Notes under the pieces: generated by a model
Seen by the model: the letters and a program-made list of their open reading frames with translations, nothing else
What the model was told of the DNA's origin: nothing
The model's database searches: none
Assembly (NCBI GenBank): GCA_963777955.1
Contig: CAVZSQ010000022.1
Coordinates: 160,001-224,000 of the forward strand
Source: Calditrichia bacterium
GTDB taxonomy: Bacteria > Calditrichota > Calditrichia > JAJRVZ01
Reading direction: 5' to 3'
Length of the DNA: 64,000 nt
Made by a program: the position numbers and the translations under genes
In this document: positions 41,671 to 53,572 of the stretch, in pieces
Position numbering within the stretch: the first letter of the stretch is position 1
Layout: the number at the start of each line of letters is the position of its first letter

Positions 41671-42026
41671 TAACAACCTTTCAATTTTATGGTGTCAAAT
41701 AGTACAAAACAAAAATCAAATTATCTATTTATTTTTCCTGAATTAATTTTTAAACTCATGAAAATTATGAAATAAGATAATCCCGGTTTTTATCGGAACA
41801 GTGCGCAAAAGAGGCAAAGGGAGCATTGAATTTCTCACCGGTTTATTACCAGGCATGGATAAAAGGACACACTGATATTAGCCAATAATGGTGATTCAGC
41901 GATATTTAAATAACAAGATCGACGACAGATATTGAGAAAGAAGGGAGGTATAAAATACTTTAATTACCAGCGAAGTATGCGTACCAACTAATCACTAATA
42001 CATAAACTTGTTAACGGAGGTAAATA

Positions 42027-43161
42027 ATGAAGAAAATTATACTCCTTACCGTAATGTGTATTTTCGCTTTTTCAACGGGAATTTTTGCGCAGGAATTTTC
42101 AATTACCATCGATGCTCAAAAAGATGCCTTTTATAGCACTTTGACAGGTCCGGCCGATGGTGCGATCTTTCTCCCGGCCAGGGCCTATCTGCGCGATCAG
42201 GGTACACCTCCGGCCGATAATGTAGATATATCTGCAATCGTCTGGACAGCCTGGGATGATGACTATCTGTATTTCTATGCAGAAGTTATTGATGATATTT
42301 TAAAAGTGACAAATGGATCTACTTTTAACAATGACTGCATTGAAGTCAAATTTGATCCTGATCCAACAGTCGGCGTCGGTCTCAACACATCAAATTGCCG
42401 GTTGACCGCTCAGGACTCGGCTGATGCTGGAAATATAGCCGGTGTTGATAATCTGAATAAATCCGGTCATCTCGAGGATCATTCGGGGGTTGATTATAAA
42501 CCTTCACCAGCTGATTATGCCCGCAGGGTTACCGATGACGGTTACGCCCTTGAATTCCGCGTTCCGCTGGATTTTATCAATGAACTCAATACAACGGAAA
42601 ACCGTTTTATGCTCCGGGGCGAAGGTCAAAAGTTCGGTATAGCTGATTAATATCTGCGACAATGATACCGATGTCCGCGATCACATGCTGCAATGGTCTG
42701 CCGGTCATCATAATGATGCCCACACTAACTCCGCACTGCTTGGATCGGCCACCTATCTGCCCGATCACAAACTCGGTTTGCTGGCAGTCAGTCCGCGCGC
42801 TGATTCTATTGTGAATGACAGCGCTGATGTTTGGTACGCTAATATTCCGGTCGGTATCAGCACCGATCCTCAGACGGTGGGATCCTATTATCTGCTGTCA
42901 AATTATCCCAATCCCTTTAATCCGAATACGGTCATAAAGTATCAACTCAAACAGGCAGAAAAAATATCATTAACGGTTTACAGTATCAACGGTGAAGTGA
43001 TCCGGCATCTGGCCAGCGACCAAATGCATGTTGCAGGTTCCCACGAAATCACCTGGAATGGCAGAAATGACAATGGTGTACTGGTAAACAGCGGCATCTA
43101 TTTCTGCAGACTCACTACACCTACACAGACTTTGTCCCTCAAGATGACATTAATAAAATAG
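42027..43161 (+). CDS. Secreted CBM9-like sugar-binding protein with FlgD/T9SS-type C-terminal domain; frameshift at ~42645
   Basis: WDDDYLYFYAEVIDD, DCIEVKFD, GYALEFRVP, (I)NICDND; NYPNPFN CTD; GGAGGT SD. Confidence 0.8.
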
Positions 43162-43215
43162 ACAGTGATTGAATCTACCGACTTGCATTTGTTGCCTCCT
43201 GTTACGACTGGAATC

Positions 43216-43253
43216 AAAACGCACTGGAGTGCCCGCTCCGGTGCGTTTTTTTT
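43216..43253 (+). terminator. Rho-independent terminator
   Basis: AAAACGCACTGGAG-TGCCCG-CTCCGGTGCGTTTT followed by further Ts. Confidence 0.85.
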
Positions 43254-43366
43254 AGCATTCTTGGTGAGTTATTTTCAGGCCGCTGGTTAAAATAATTCTA
43301 TGAAAATTATATTATTGCATTCGAAAAGGTTTATTTATATTAATAAGAAAATTAAAGGGCAGCATC

Positions 43367-44405
43367 ATGAGAGCAGCATTACTTACTGGAATCAAGCATT
43401 TTGAAATCAAACAGATTCCCAAACCGGAAATAATCCATGAAACTGATGTACTTATCAGAATAAAAATGGTAGGGATTTGCGGTTCGGATATTCATTATTA
43501 CACCCAAGGCAAAATCGGTGCTCAGGTAGTCCAATTTCCGTTCATCATGGGACACGAAGCGGCAGGTATTGTTGAGACTACAGGAAAAAAAGTTACCAGG
43601 GTAAAAGCAGGTCAAAGAATCGTCATTGATCCAGTGATATCCTGCGGTCACTGTGACCAATGCCAGGCCGGCCGGGAAAACACTTGCCGTAACCTTCGCT
43701 TCCTGGGAAATCCGGTGCTATTGCCGGGTATGTTATGTGAATATATCGTGTTGCCTGAAAATTGTTGTTTCAGGATAAGCGAGCGAATGACTTTCGAACA
43801 GGCAACCCTGTCCGAACCTCTGTCTATCGCCGTTTATTCCGTCGAGCGATCCAGATTACCAGACAAAGCCAAGGTGGCTATCCTTGGAGTTGGCCCTATC
43901 GGCATGTCCATTTTTCATGTATTGCGCACGAAGAATATTGGTGAAATTTACACTACCGACAAAATCCCGGCACGTCTGGAATTCTCACAAAAATTAAATC
44001 CCCGCTGGTGCGGTAATCCGGATCATACCGATATAGTAAGGGAAATTTCGAAGATGGAGCCGTTACTGCTGGATATTGTCTATGAATGCTGCGGGGACCA
44101 GGATGCGTTAAACCAGGCCATTCAACTGTTGAAACCAGGAGGGATTCTCGTCCTGGTTGGCATCCCGGAAATCGATCAAATTCAGCTTTTCTGTACACGA
44201 ACTTAGACGAAAAGAAATCTCCATTATCAACATAAGCCGGCAAGCCCATTATACACAAAAGGCAATTGACCTGCAGGAGCACCGGCAGTTAGAGATGGAG
44301 GCTATGGCGACTCACCATTTTCCGCTGGAAGAAACCAGCCAGGCTTTCGAGCTGGTAGCCAATTACCGGGATGGTGTCATGAAAGCGATGATAGTTGTGG
44401 ATTAA
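43367..44405 (+). CDS. Zn-dependent (sorbitol/L-iditol-type) alcohol dehydrogenase; frameshift at ~44182
   Basis: GICGSD, GHEAAG, CGHCDQC...C, GVGPIG. Confidence 0.9.
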
Positions 44406-44419
44406 CAGGTGCCTCATAA

Positions 44420-45938
44420 TTGAAATTAAAGCAAAACGATAAAACAGAAAGTCTGGTCATCGGCCTGGATTCGAGCACAACAGGCACCAAAGCGATTGCA
44501 GTCAATAAAAATGGAATTATTGAAGCACAGGCCGGCGAACAAATCCCGCTTCATTCACCACGTCCGGGTTATTATGAACAACATCCGGCGGACTGGTGGA
44601 TTTCCGCTCAGATAGCATTGCGAAAAATAACCGGTCAAATTAATCCAGATCGCATTGCCGCCCTGGCCATTGCCAATCAAAGAGAAACCTTTGTTCCATT
44701 GAATCGCCACGGTAATCCTCTGCGCCCCGCCATAATCTGGCTGGACGAACGGTGCAAAGATGAAGTAGAAACATTTTCGCAAAAAATCGGAGCCCGGAAA
44801 ATACAGCGCATTACCGGCAAACCTGTAGATTATGCACCCGTTGTTTATCGTCTGGCCTGGATGAAAAGGCACGAACCGGATCTATTTAAAAAAATCTTTA
44901 TGATATGTGATGTACATACCTGGCTGGTCTGGAAACTTACGAACTTATTCAAAACGAGCTGGGCGAGTGCGGATCCACTGGGACTGCTCGATCTAAAAAA
45001 CAAACACTGGTCGGTGAAAATTTTAGATAGTCTGAAATTGAGCATGCATCAATTGCCGACAGTATTTTGCCCAGGTACGGTTCTGGGCCGGATCAGCACC
45101 GTGGCGGCAAAAATGACCGGCCTGAGTACCGCTACCCTGGTTATCGCCGGTGGCGGGGACGGACAGGCAGCCGGGCTGGGGGTGAATGCGCTCACCGCGC
45201 ATCGTGCCTATCTTAACCTGGGGACAGCAGTGGTAGCGGGTGTATACGGCTCTCGTTATATTACCAGCCGGGCCTTTCGTACCATGAGTGCCTGTGCCGA
45301 AAAAGGGTACTATTACGAATGCAGTTTAAGGGCCGGCACCTTCGCGCTTGACTGGTTTATAAAAAACATTCTGAAAATCGATCCGGCTGAACACCCGTGG
45401 ATTTATACCCGACTGGAAAAAGAAGCACAAAAGATTCCTGCCGGAAGCGAGGGATTGCTTTACCTGCCATATATATGCGGTGTAATGAATCCACACTGGG
45501 ACATGAAGGCCCGTGGTGCTTTTATCGGCCTGTCGTCAGCACACCACCGCGGACATTTATACAGATCTATTCTGGAAGGTATTGCCTTCGAGCAATTCCT
45601 GGCTATAAACGCCGTAGAAAAAATCATTGGCACCAGAGTACATGAACTTATACGTCATTGGTGGAGGTGCCGGCAGTAGTTTGTGGTGTCAGATTTTAGC
45701 TGACATAACCGGGAAAAATATTTGTCTGCCCCATACCTCTGAAGCCTCTGCCCTGGGGGCAGGTATAGCAGCAGCTGTCGGTGCAGGCTGGTATCCGTCT
45801 TTTAAGGCAGCAGCTAAAGAACTGACCGGAATCAAAAAAATAATTAAACCGAACAGGCACACAAATAAAAAATATCAGCGTATGTTCAGGTTATACAAAA
45901 AAATATATCCGAATTTGAAAACAGTCGATTCATCGTAA
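44420..45938 (+). CDS. FGGY-family carbohydrate kinase (xylulokinase-like); frameshift at ~45650
   Basis: GLDSSTTGTKA, NQRET, WLDER, GGGDGQAA, ILEGIAF, GGGA, EASALGA. Confidence 0.9.
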
Positions 45939-45975
45939 TATACTATCTGAAAACAAAATCAATATAGGGGGTACT

Positions 45976-47300
45976 ATGAAAACGGATATTAAGATAAGTA
46001 TAATGGTGATTTTACTGAGCATGGTATGTGCAGGTTATGCTCAGACTGTTGATCCGCCATATGAGGTGGGTACCTGGCAGGGATTCCGAAAAGTGGCTAT
46101 TAGTTTTACCTTTGATGACGGCTCTCCTAATCAGTTTACAAAAGTAATCCCGATGTTCAATGAGTTTAATTTTAAATTGACCCTGTTTACTGTTACCAGT
46201 CACCAGCTGGAGCTGGCCGGCCAACTGGATCACCCTGCAGAATGTCGCAAATCAGGGACATGAAATCGCCAGTCACACTATAAGCCACCCATACCTGAAT
46301 CAAACAGACTATGACCATCAGAAAACGGAGTTTAAAGATTCCCAGGATAATATTAATTCGCATATAACCGGACAGAGATGTGTCACCAGTCGCTTATCCA
46401 TATTGTATCAATGGTACAGATACCCTTTGCGACAATTATTATATTGCCGCACGCACATGTTCCGGCTCCATTGAACCATCCACACCTGATAATTTTATGA
46501 GCATCAGTTCGATCATCTGTGGTACCGAAGGACCCATGAAAACAACTGGAAACTTTATCAATAATTTTAATTCTGCCGTCAACTCACAAGGATGGTGTGT
46601 ATATCTCCTTCATGGCATTGATGGCGACGGCGGCTGGTCTTCGCTCTCCTCGGACACACTGAGAGCATGCCTGGTATATCTGAATGCCAACCAGGACAAA
46701 TTCTGGGTATCCAGTTTTAGCAATGTTGCGCGTTATATCAAAGAACGCAATGCCGTATCGGTCACGGAATTATCCAATCAGGACAGCAGCATCACCTTGC
46801 AGGTAACCGATGCACTTCCCGACACAATATTCAATTATCCAATTACCTTGCGCCGGCCGCTTCCCGAAGGCTGGCCCTCCGCCGTGGTCACCCAGAGTGG
46901 TCATTCGCGATATACGCGGATCGTGGAAGTCAATTCCATACAGTATATCCAGTTTGATGTAGTCCCGGACAGCGGCGCTGTGCTGATATCAAAGAGCAAC
47001 TTGTCTGACCTGCAGAATCATGGCGGCTTTATGGTTCCGGCAGCGGCATTATCACAAAACTATCCCAATCCATTCAATCCAACGACAACAATTAAATTTC
47101 AAATTCCAAATTCCAATTTCACGACTCTGAAAGTCTATAGCGTACTGGGCGAGGAAGTTGCTGTCTTACTGGAGGAAAATCTGCCGGCCGGTGAACATAC
47201 AGCGCAATTCAGTGCTATCAATTTGGCCAGTGGAGTGTATTTTTATAGTCTGCGTGGACAGGGATTCCTGCTTCAGCGTAAGATGCTACTGTTGCGATAA
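45976..47300 (+). CDS. Secreted polysaccharide deacetylase (CE4-like) with T9SS-type C-terminal domain; frameshifts at ~46201 and ~46388
   Basis: SFTFDDG, GHEIASHTISH (intermediate frame), AYPY, YLLHG; YPNPFN CTD. Confidence 0.8.
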
Positions 47301-47389
47301 TACCAATAAGGCTTTATGGATACCCGATTCTGACCAGGGTGAGCATTTTGCTTGAGGCATAATAAAGGAAATATAGTAGAGTTACAATC

Positions 47390-47969
47390 ATGGTTCAACT
47401 AGGCAGCAGCGATTTCCCGCGCAGTTATATGCGCCGGGTCAGAACCTGGATGAGATCAATCCTGATCAATCATGCCCGGCGCTATCCGCATTGGGCTGTC
47501 GAAGACCTGTATAAACTCATCTACCAGGCGGCCATGGGCAATGAACATGCGCGTGACTGATGAAAACCGGGTGCGTGATTTGCTCAGGCAGGAAATCGCC
47601 AATCTCACTGCCGGCCCAGCCGAGCCACTGGTTGATCCTATTTCCGCCGATCACCGCATTGTCAGGGTCCATCTCCGTCCCTTTGCCGATCTCGGTCTCG
47701 ACCAGGAAGTACTCGCCATCGCCTTCATTATGACGGCAAAGCACTTGCCCGGATCTTTGAACAGTTTGTCTGAATATGCGCGTATTGCTCTGCAACTTGC
47801 CCAGGAAGGGGTGCTGCCCTTCGCACCCGAGCAATTCTCCGGATACATTGCCGACCAGCGGGCAAAAGATTTCCCCCCGGTCCACCACTCTCCGCTATAT
47901 AAGGAGAAATACAATCCGGCCTACCGCATCGTGGCCCGGGAAACACTACCAAAGGAGTTCCTGAAATGA
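47390..47969 (+). CDS. Conserved-looking hypothetical protein; frameshift at ~47552
   Basis: EDLYKLIYQAAMGNEH in one frame joins ...VHHSPLYKEKYNPAYRIV; start may be 47450. Confidence 0.6.
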
Positions 47970-49006
47970 ATTTTCCCCAATACGTATCTTTTACAGTCAC
48001 TAATGCCTGCAATCTCAGATGCCGGATGTGCGGCCAGTGGAGCGAAGAAGGTTATATTTATAATCGGGTAAAAGCCACTACTCCCCAGATGAAATTGGCG
48101 GATTGGAAAGGACTGGTTGATGAAACAGCTCCCCACAAAATAAAATTTATCCTGGTGCGGGGCGGTGAGCCATTTCTTTTCCCCGGGATCATCGAACTGC
48201 TGGAATATATAAACAGCAAGGGTATCTTTATTTCTGTCGATACCAATGGCACGCTATTAAAGAAATACGCTGCAGATATTGTGCGGATCGGGAATATGCA
48301 CATCACCTTTTCGGTAGACGGGCCGGAAGAAATTCACGATGCGGTACGGGGTAAAAAAGGGTGTTATCAGGAAATTAAAGAAAACATTGCCTTGTTGACC
48401 GATCTGGAAAAAAATAGTGACCATAAGATCAGTAAGAGTATTTGCTTCACGATCAGCAAATATTCATATAAAGGACTGGGACAAATGCCTGCGGTTGCCC
48501 GTGAGATGCTCATCCCGTCAATAAATATTGTTCCCTACTATTATATTCCTGCTGAAGTCGGGAAAAAATATGAAGATGAATTAGAGCAGAATTTTAAATG
48601 TGCGGCGTTTTCCTGGAAAGGATTTCACCATGACGATTCCGGGATCGATTTTGATATATTCAGGACAGAGTACAGAAAATATCTGGCTGATCTTGGCGAA
48701 ATATACAATTTTCCCTATATGGATCTGCGGGAGGAGGATTACCGGGTGTGGTTTAAGGATCCCCTTACACCGGTTGGTTCAGTAAACTGTATGAATGTTG
48801 AAAAATTGATCGATATTCAACCCGATGGTGCGGCGAATTTCTGCGTTGATTTTCCGGATTATTCAATCGGTAATGTAAAAGATGCCTCGATCACCGATAT
48901 CTGGAACAGTCCACGCGCCGCTCAATTTCGCGAGTACAGACGCCGCAGACCACTGGCTGTCTGTTACCGCTGCGGAGCCAAATACGTATCTGAAATTAAA
49001 GATTAA
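47966..49006 (+). CDS. Radical SAM protein with SPASM/Twitch domain
   Basis: CNLRCRMC, GGEP, TNG, SVDG; C-terminal C...GAANFC...CYRC. Confidence 0.9.
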   Translation: MNFPQYVSFTVTNACNLRCRMCGQWSEEGYIYNRVKATTPQMKLADWKGLVDETAPHKIKFILVRGGEPFLFPGIIELLEYINSKGIFISVDTNGTLLKKYAADIVRIGNMHITFSVDGPEEIHDAVRGKKGCYQEIKENIALLTDLEKNSDHKISKSICFTISKYSYKGLGQMPAVAREMLIPSINIVPYYYIPAEVGKKYEDELEQNFKCAAFSWKGFHHDDSGIDFDIFRTEYRKYLADLGEIYNFPYMDLREEDYRVWFKDPLTPVGSVNCMNVEKLIDIQPDGAANFCVDFPDYSIGNVKDASITDIWNSPRAAQFREYRRRRPLAVCYRCGAKYVSEIKD

Positions 49007-49012
49007 TTATTT

Positions 49013-50938
49013 TCAGGATGATAGCAGACCTGTAATCGCCTCGATTTCCTTTTTTACCTTTTCGACACGGGACCATGTTTCCCTGACGAAAGAATCCTGG
49101 GCTGCCGGCGGATGAGCCTGTGCATAATCGATAATTGTTTCTGCACCGCGGTCATCATCCTTCTCCTTGGCCTTTTGCGTGGCCTGGGCAATCTGTTCCT
49201 CCATGGCCGCAAGTCGTACCAGGTTCTCCTTGATACTGCGCTGGTTGAATCCATTATTATTTAAAATATTACGCTGGTGTTCCCAGGCTGGATCAGCGCT
49301 GGCGGTATTATAAACCGACGCAGCGATGCCTTTCTCTCCTGTTTTTAGCAGAGACTCGATGTGCTGTTTTAATCCGCCCAGGCAGTAATACTCGATGTAA
49401 AAATCATAAGCGGCTATTCCTTTAACCCGGCTTCCTTCTAACATATAGTTCTTGCCCAGCCCGGGAATATCTTTGGCAGTATAATAGTCTTTGGTCCTGG
49501 AGATTTCTTTCAGCCGTTTACGTGCCTGCAGCATCAGGTCAACTATATCCTGTCTGAATACATCAAAGATAAAGGCGGTGCGGCGGGCCTTGTTGCGCTT
49601 TTTATATTTGCCTTCGTTTCTTTTTACCATGTAAATATTATCGGAGAGCACCCAACCCGGCATGATTTCGTTATAAGCAGGTGAGATTCCCTGGAGTGAC
49701 TGCGCCGGACTGTTAATCAGCGAAAAAGGGAATTCCACACGTTGCGGCAGGGTATTGACTGCCGTAGCAATAATGGAATAGGGCGCCTTAGTGAAGTCGC
49801 AGGGGAATTTGATGTTCACACCCAGGCCGAAAAACGTTCCTTCACCGCACCAGATTTCCTGATCCGGTGCTTTGGAAGTATGATTGGAACCGATGTTGGC
49901 ACCGTAGCCAACATTGCCTTTACCCTCCGGCCAGATGGCGGCGATGAGCAGAGCCTGGTGATGAAATCCCACAAAAGGACCTAACAGGCAGGCGGTTACT
50001 TCACCTTCGCCGACACCTGTGTTAGGGCCGATAATACTCTGCGTTACCTTGCCGTGCCGTTCCACATGTGAATGCTCGGTCAGAACCGAATCATCGACAA
50101 TAGCCAGGGAGGTGACCTGACAGCCCCACTGCAGGCATGAATTTTTCACGTAGGCGCCATGACTGATCTCAACCGGTTCTTCTGCTGATCCAAGAATCGA
50201 GCAGTTCTGTAACAGGGTTGCACCATCGATTATAGTAGCTTGACCAATGTAACAATCTTCAATTTCCACTGTGTTCCGGATGATGACGTCTTTTTCAACT
50301 ATACCCAGACCGATTTTACAGGCCGTAGTATATTTTTTAATAAAATCATCATATTCTTCAAGGAGTTTCCGGTTATTCCGGCTGGTACTGACCAGGTGTG
50401 CGATAGGGATGGTCAGTTCGGCAAAGGAAAAGACATTACGGCCCCCGGTTTCAATACCTACGGAGATCTCTCTGCCGTTGCCGAAGGCAGTGTCGGCGGA
50501 ACATACTAAACTGCCCACATTGTGAACTACCGACTGTGCATTTATTATGTAATTGGAGATGCATCCGGCATTCCAGATGCAGCAATTATCGCCGATCTCT
50601 GAGTTGATGATGGTGCTGTTATAAATACCGGATGGTAATTCTACAGCAGATGCCGTTTTGATTTCTTTGCCGGTATAGAAACCAAGCACGCAGCGGCCTC
50701 TGAACCGGTTAGCCACGATATGATCCGGTTTAAATTTTTTTTGAACCAGAATTTTCTTCCAGTCTTCAGCATCATTTCCCCTGGTTTTAAGTTTTTTTAT
50801 CTCCGCAGCGGTAAGTGCCCGGATATTATTACCGAACAACCGGCTTTTCATCTTCCTGTCAGCGAAGGTCTGCAGGGTTTTTAAAAATTCCGAGGATTTC
50901 AGAATTGTATTGATTAACGGGATTAGTTGATTTTCCAT
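49013..50938 (-). CDS. DUF4954-family protein (left-handed beta-helix-like repeats)
   Basis: RALTAAEI...GN.AEDW, ETGGR, GPFVGFHHQALLIA, ANIGSNH, PFSLI. Confidence 0.8.
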   Translation of the reverse strand: MENQLIPLINTILKSSEFLKTLQTFADRKMKSRLFGNNIRALTAAEIKKLKTRGNDAEDWKKILVQKKFKPDHIVANRFRGRCVLGFYTGKEIKTASAVELPSGIYNSTIINSEIGDNCCIWNAGCISNYIINAQSVVHNVGSLVCSADTAFGNGREISVGIETGGRNVFSFAELTIPIAHLVSTSRNNRKLLEEYDDFIKKYTTACKIGLGIVEKDVIIRNTVEIEDCYIGQATIIDGATLLQNCSILGSAEEPVEISHGAYVKNSCLQWGCQVTSLAIVDDSVLTEHSHVERHGKVTQSIIGPNTGVGEGEVTACLLGPFVGFHHQALLIAAIWPEGKGNVGYGANIGSNHTSKAPDQEIWCGEGTFFGLGVNIKFPCDFTKAPYSIIATAVNTLPQRVEFPFSLINSPAQSLQGISPAYNEIMPGWVLSDNIYMVKRNEGKYKKRNKARRTAFIFDVFRQDIVDLMLQARKRLKEISRTKDYYTAKDIPGLGKNYMLEGSRVKGIAAYDFYIEYYCLGGLKQHIESLLKTGEKGIAASVYNTASADPAWEHQRNILNNNGFNQRSIKENLVRLAAMEEQIAQATQKAKEKDDDRGAETIIDYAQAHPPAAQDSFVRETWSRVEKVKKEIEAITGLLSS

Positions 50939-50953
50939 ATTTATTCTCTTCTT

Positions 50954-51745
50954 TTATCGTCCGACCATCTTTTGAACCATATGCTTGTTGTCGCGGACCC
51001 AATTATAATAGTTTTTCCGTTTCAACTTTGAAGCGGCTGTCTCATCCAGTATAACCGTGGCCTGGGTGTGCAGTTGCAGTGCCGTGGCCGTGATCTGGCA
51101 GGTTACCGGTCCTTCCACGAACTCGGCAACTATCCTGGATTTTTTTGCACCATTGGCAATCAGCAGGATCTTTTTCGACTCCAGTATCGTACCGACACCC
51201 ATGGTAATGGCGAAACGGGGTACATCAGTTTCCTGGTCAAAAAAACGGGCATTGTCTTCGATCGTTTGTTTCTCCAGGGCTTTGACCCTGGTGCGGCTGG
51301 CAAAAGAAGAACCTGGCTCATTAAATCCTATATGCCCGTCACCGCCGAGTCCCAGTATCTGCAGGTCAATACCGCCAACCCTTTTTATCTGGGCTTCGTA
51401 CCAGGCGCTGAACTCTTCCGGATCTTCCGTGTTTCCCTGGGGTACATAAACATTAGCCTGGTTGACGTTTATATACTGGAACAGATTATCCTGCATAAAA
51501 TAATTATAACTATTCTTGTGCAGCGGGGGCAGACCGACATATTCGTCAAGATTAAAAGTGGTGATTTTCGAAAAATCCAGGCCCTCTTCTTTATGCAGGC
51601 GGGCGAGTTCCTTATAGGTTCCCAGGGGAGTGTCCCCGGTGGCCAGACCGAGTATCAGATCATGTTTTCTTTTAATTTCCCGGGCAATAAATTGCGCGGA
51701 GATTTTGCTCATTTCCTCGTAAGTAGGGGCAACAATAATTTCCAT
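50954..51745 (-). CDS. nagB: Glucosamine-6-phosphate deaminase
   Basis: LGLATGDTP, TFNLDEYVG, GGIDLQILG, GHIGFNEPG, AITMGVGTI. Confidence 0.95.
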   Translation of the reverse strand: MEIIVAPTYEEMSKISAQFIAREIKRKHDLILGLATGDTPLGTYKELARLHKEEGLDFSKITTFNLDEYVGLPPLHKNSYNYFMQDNLFQYINVNQANVYVPQGNTEDPEEFSAWYEAQIKRVGGIDLQILGLGGDGHIGFNEPGSSFASRTRVKALEKQTIEDNARFFDQETDVPRFAITMGVGTILESKKILLIANGAKKSRIVAEFVEGPVTCQITATALQLHTQATVILDETAASKLKRKNYYNWVRDNKHMVQKMVGR

Positions 51746-52088
51746 AAGTAGTCTCCAGATTCGTTGATTTCAATGGTCAAATTACAAAACTCAGGTTTAT
51801 TGAATTGAAAAATACAGGTAAATACTTTTACAAACATAAATCTACGCCAGCATAAAAACAGATTCAACATCATATATATGTGTCAAAAATTATACGATTG
51901 TGAAAAACTCGCAAATATTCAAAAAATCCAATATTAAAATATTTAGATCACCAGCGGATCATCTTTAGTGTTCTGGATCACAAAAACATTGCAGAAAGAT
52001 TTAAAAATTAATATTTTAAAATACATTTCTATCCGGATAAGAACTGATGTAAATTTCATATTTGTTTGAAACCAACGGAGGGATAAAG

Positions 52089-52391
52089 ATGAAGGTTTTG
52101 TGTATTCTAACTGTGTTAATTTTAGTACTTGTGATGATCCCAGGATGCACGCCGGGCCTGAACGAATTAACCGGCTCAGCCGATAACAGCGGACACGTTG
52201 CCGGATTTTTAACGGGGCTGTGGCATGGTTTTATATCCCTGTTCACCTTCATCCTGTCACTTTTATCGGACAACATCCGCATGTACGAAGTGCACAATAA
52301 CGGCAACTGGTACAATTTCGGTTATCTGCTGGGGGTGATGTCTTTCTTCGGCGGCAGCGGCGGCGGAGCCGGCAGACGCTCGCGCCGTTGA
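52089..52391 (+). CDS. Small membrane lipoprotein
   Basis: Lipobox IPG-C; GFLTGLWHG, YEVHNNGNWYNFG; GGAGG SD. Confidence 0.8.
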   Translation: MKVLCILTVLILVLVMIPGCTPGLNELTGSADNSGHVAGFLTGLWHGFISLFTFILSLLSDNIRMYEVHNNGNWYNFGYLLGVMSFFGGSGGGAGRRSRR

Positions 52392-52421
52392 TAATATCGC
52401 CGGAATTAAATCCAATTGGCC

Positions 52422-52907
52422 ATGAAAGTACTAGAATTATCAGATTTGGAAAAACGAACAGTCCTGAATTGGTACGAGCATACACTGGAAGACAGTTCAC
52501 ATTTTGGTCAGGCTCAGTACGTCTTTCCTGAAGAAGAACGGTTAATATCTAAAATAAAAAAATCTAAAAGCGATAAGGTCAAGTTGTGTGATTTCGAGAT
52601 CAAGATCATTTTTAATTGGATGGAGAAATCCATGCTTTCAAAATTTGGTCCTGCTGTTTATTTACTGCCCGGAGAGGAATCCGTATTCGAAAAGATTAAA
52701 TACTTAATTCAAAAGATCGAGGAAGAAGAGAAAAATGAATCAGAAGCACGTGAAGAACAGGAGAGAGAAGAAACATTAGCCGGATTAGAGATTGAAAAAC
52801 TGACTTTACGATTAGAAGCGGCATTAAAAAAGGTGTCAGAGATTAAAAAAATTATAGCTGAGAAGAAAGACCGGTCAATTGATGACAAAATTTCAGCTGA
52901 CGATTAA
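52422..52907 (+). CDS. Hypothetical protein with tandem ~45-aa duplication and coiled-coil tail
   Basis: LSDLE..VLNW...FG...Y.FPEEE...SKIK repeated as LCDFE..IFNW...FG...Y.LPGEE...EKIK. Confidence 0.7.
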   Translation: MKVLELSDLEKRTVLNWYEHTLEDSSHFGQAQYVFPEEERLISKIKKSKSDKVKLCDFEIKIIFNWMEKSMLSKFGPAVYLLPGEESVFEKIKYLIQKIEEEEKNESEAREEQEREETLAGLEIEKLTLRLEAALKKVSEIKKIIAEKKDRSIDDKISADD

Positions 52908-53036
52908 ATTAAAATCCGAATTAGACGAAATGCGTGATAAACTTAAATTTAATAAATAACTTTTTAATAAAAATTTTTGCATCATGAATCAATCTATTAA
53001 GTGAATTTTGTTAATAGCAAAAAGAGGAGAGTTAAA

Positions 53037-53567
53037 ATGGACCTGGAAAAACTAAAGTACCCAATCGGGCATTTTAAGTCCCCGGAGCATATTCATCCCG
53101 ACATAGTAAAAAAGTGGATTAAGGAGATAGAAGGATTGCCTGTGCAATTGAATGCTGCAGTGAAAAATTTAAGCAAGCAGCAGTTGGATACCCCTTATCG
53201 TGACGGCGGGTGGACTGTAAGGCAGGTCGTCCATCATATTGCCGATAGCCATATCAACAGTTATATACGCCTGAAACTAGCTCTGACCGAAGAGCACCCT
53301 ACAATAAAACCGTATGATCAGAAACTGTGGGCCGAATTAGCGGACTATTCCTTGTTTCCGGTCAAAGATTCATTGAAATTTATCGAACTGCTGCACAAAC
53401 ACTGGGTAATTCTTTTAAAATCGCTAAATGAAGACCAACTCAATCGTACATTTTTTCATCCGGAATCAGGCATTATTATGATAAAGAAAAACATCGGTCT
53501 GTATGCCTGGCACGGCCGGCATCACCTGGCCCAGATACAAGCTTTAAAGCAAAGGGAAAACTGGTAA
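53037..53567 (+). CDS. yfiT: YfiT/BstA-like bacillithiol transferase (DinB superfamily)
   Basis: LKYPIG, TPYRDGGWTVRQVVHHIADSH, YAWHGRHH. Confidence 0.9.
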   Translation: MDLEKLKYPIGHFKSPEHIHPDIVKKWIKEIEGLPVQLNAAVKNLSKQQLDTPYRDGGWTVRQVVHHIADSHINSYIRLKLALTEEHPTIKPYDQKLWAELADYSLFPVKDSLKFIELLHKHWVILLKSLNEDQLNRTFFHPESGIIMIKKNIGLYAWHGRHHLAQIQALKQRENW

Positions 53568-53572
53568 AAATA

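Noticed and set aside
41700..42026. Long leader between araC and the CBM9-like gene as a riboswitch
   Set aside because: No recognisable aptamer consensus or terminator; consistent with a divergent promoter region
47966..49006. Radical SAM/SPASM as a RiPP maturase
   Set aside because: No precursor peptide, RRE domain, peptidase or exporter nearby
51068..51751. Long antisense ORFs (e.g. 51068-51751, 23049-23846, 2027-2713, 34326-34988)
   Set aside because: Shadows of well-supported genes on the opposite strand, with no motifs or SD
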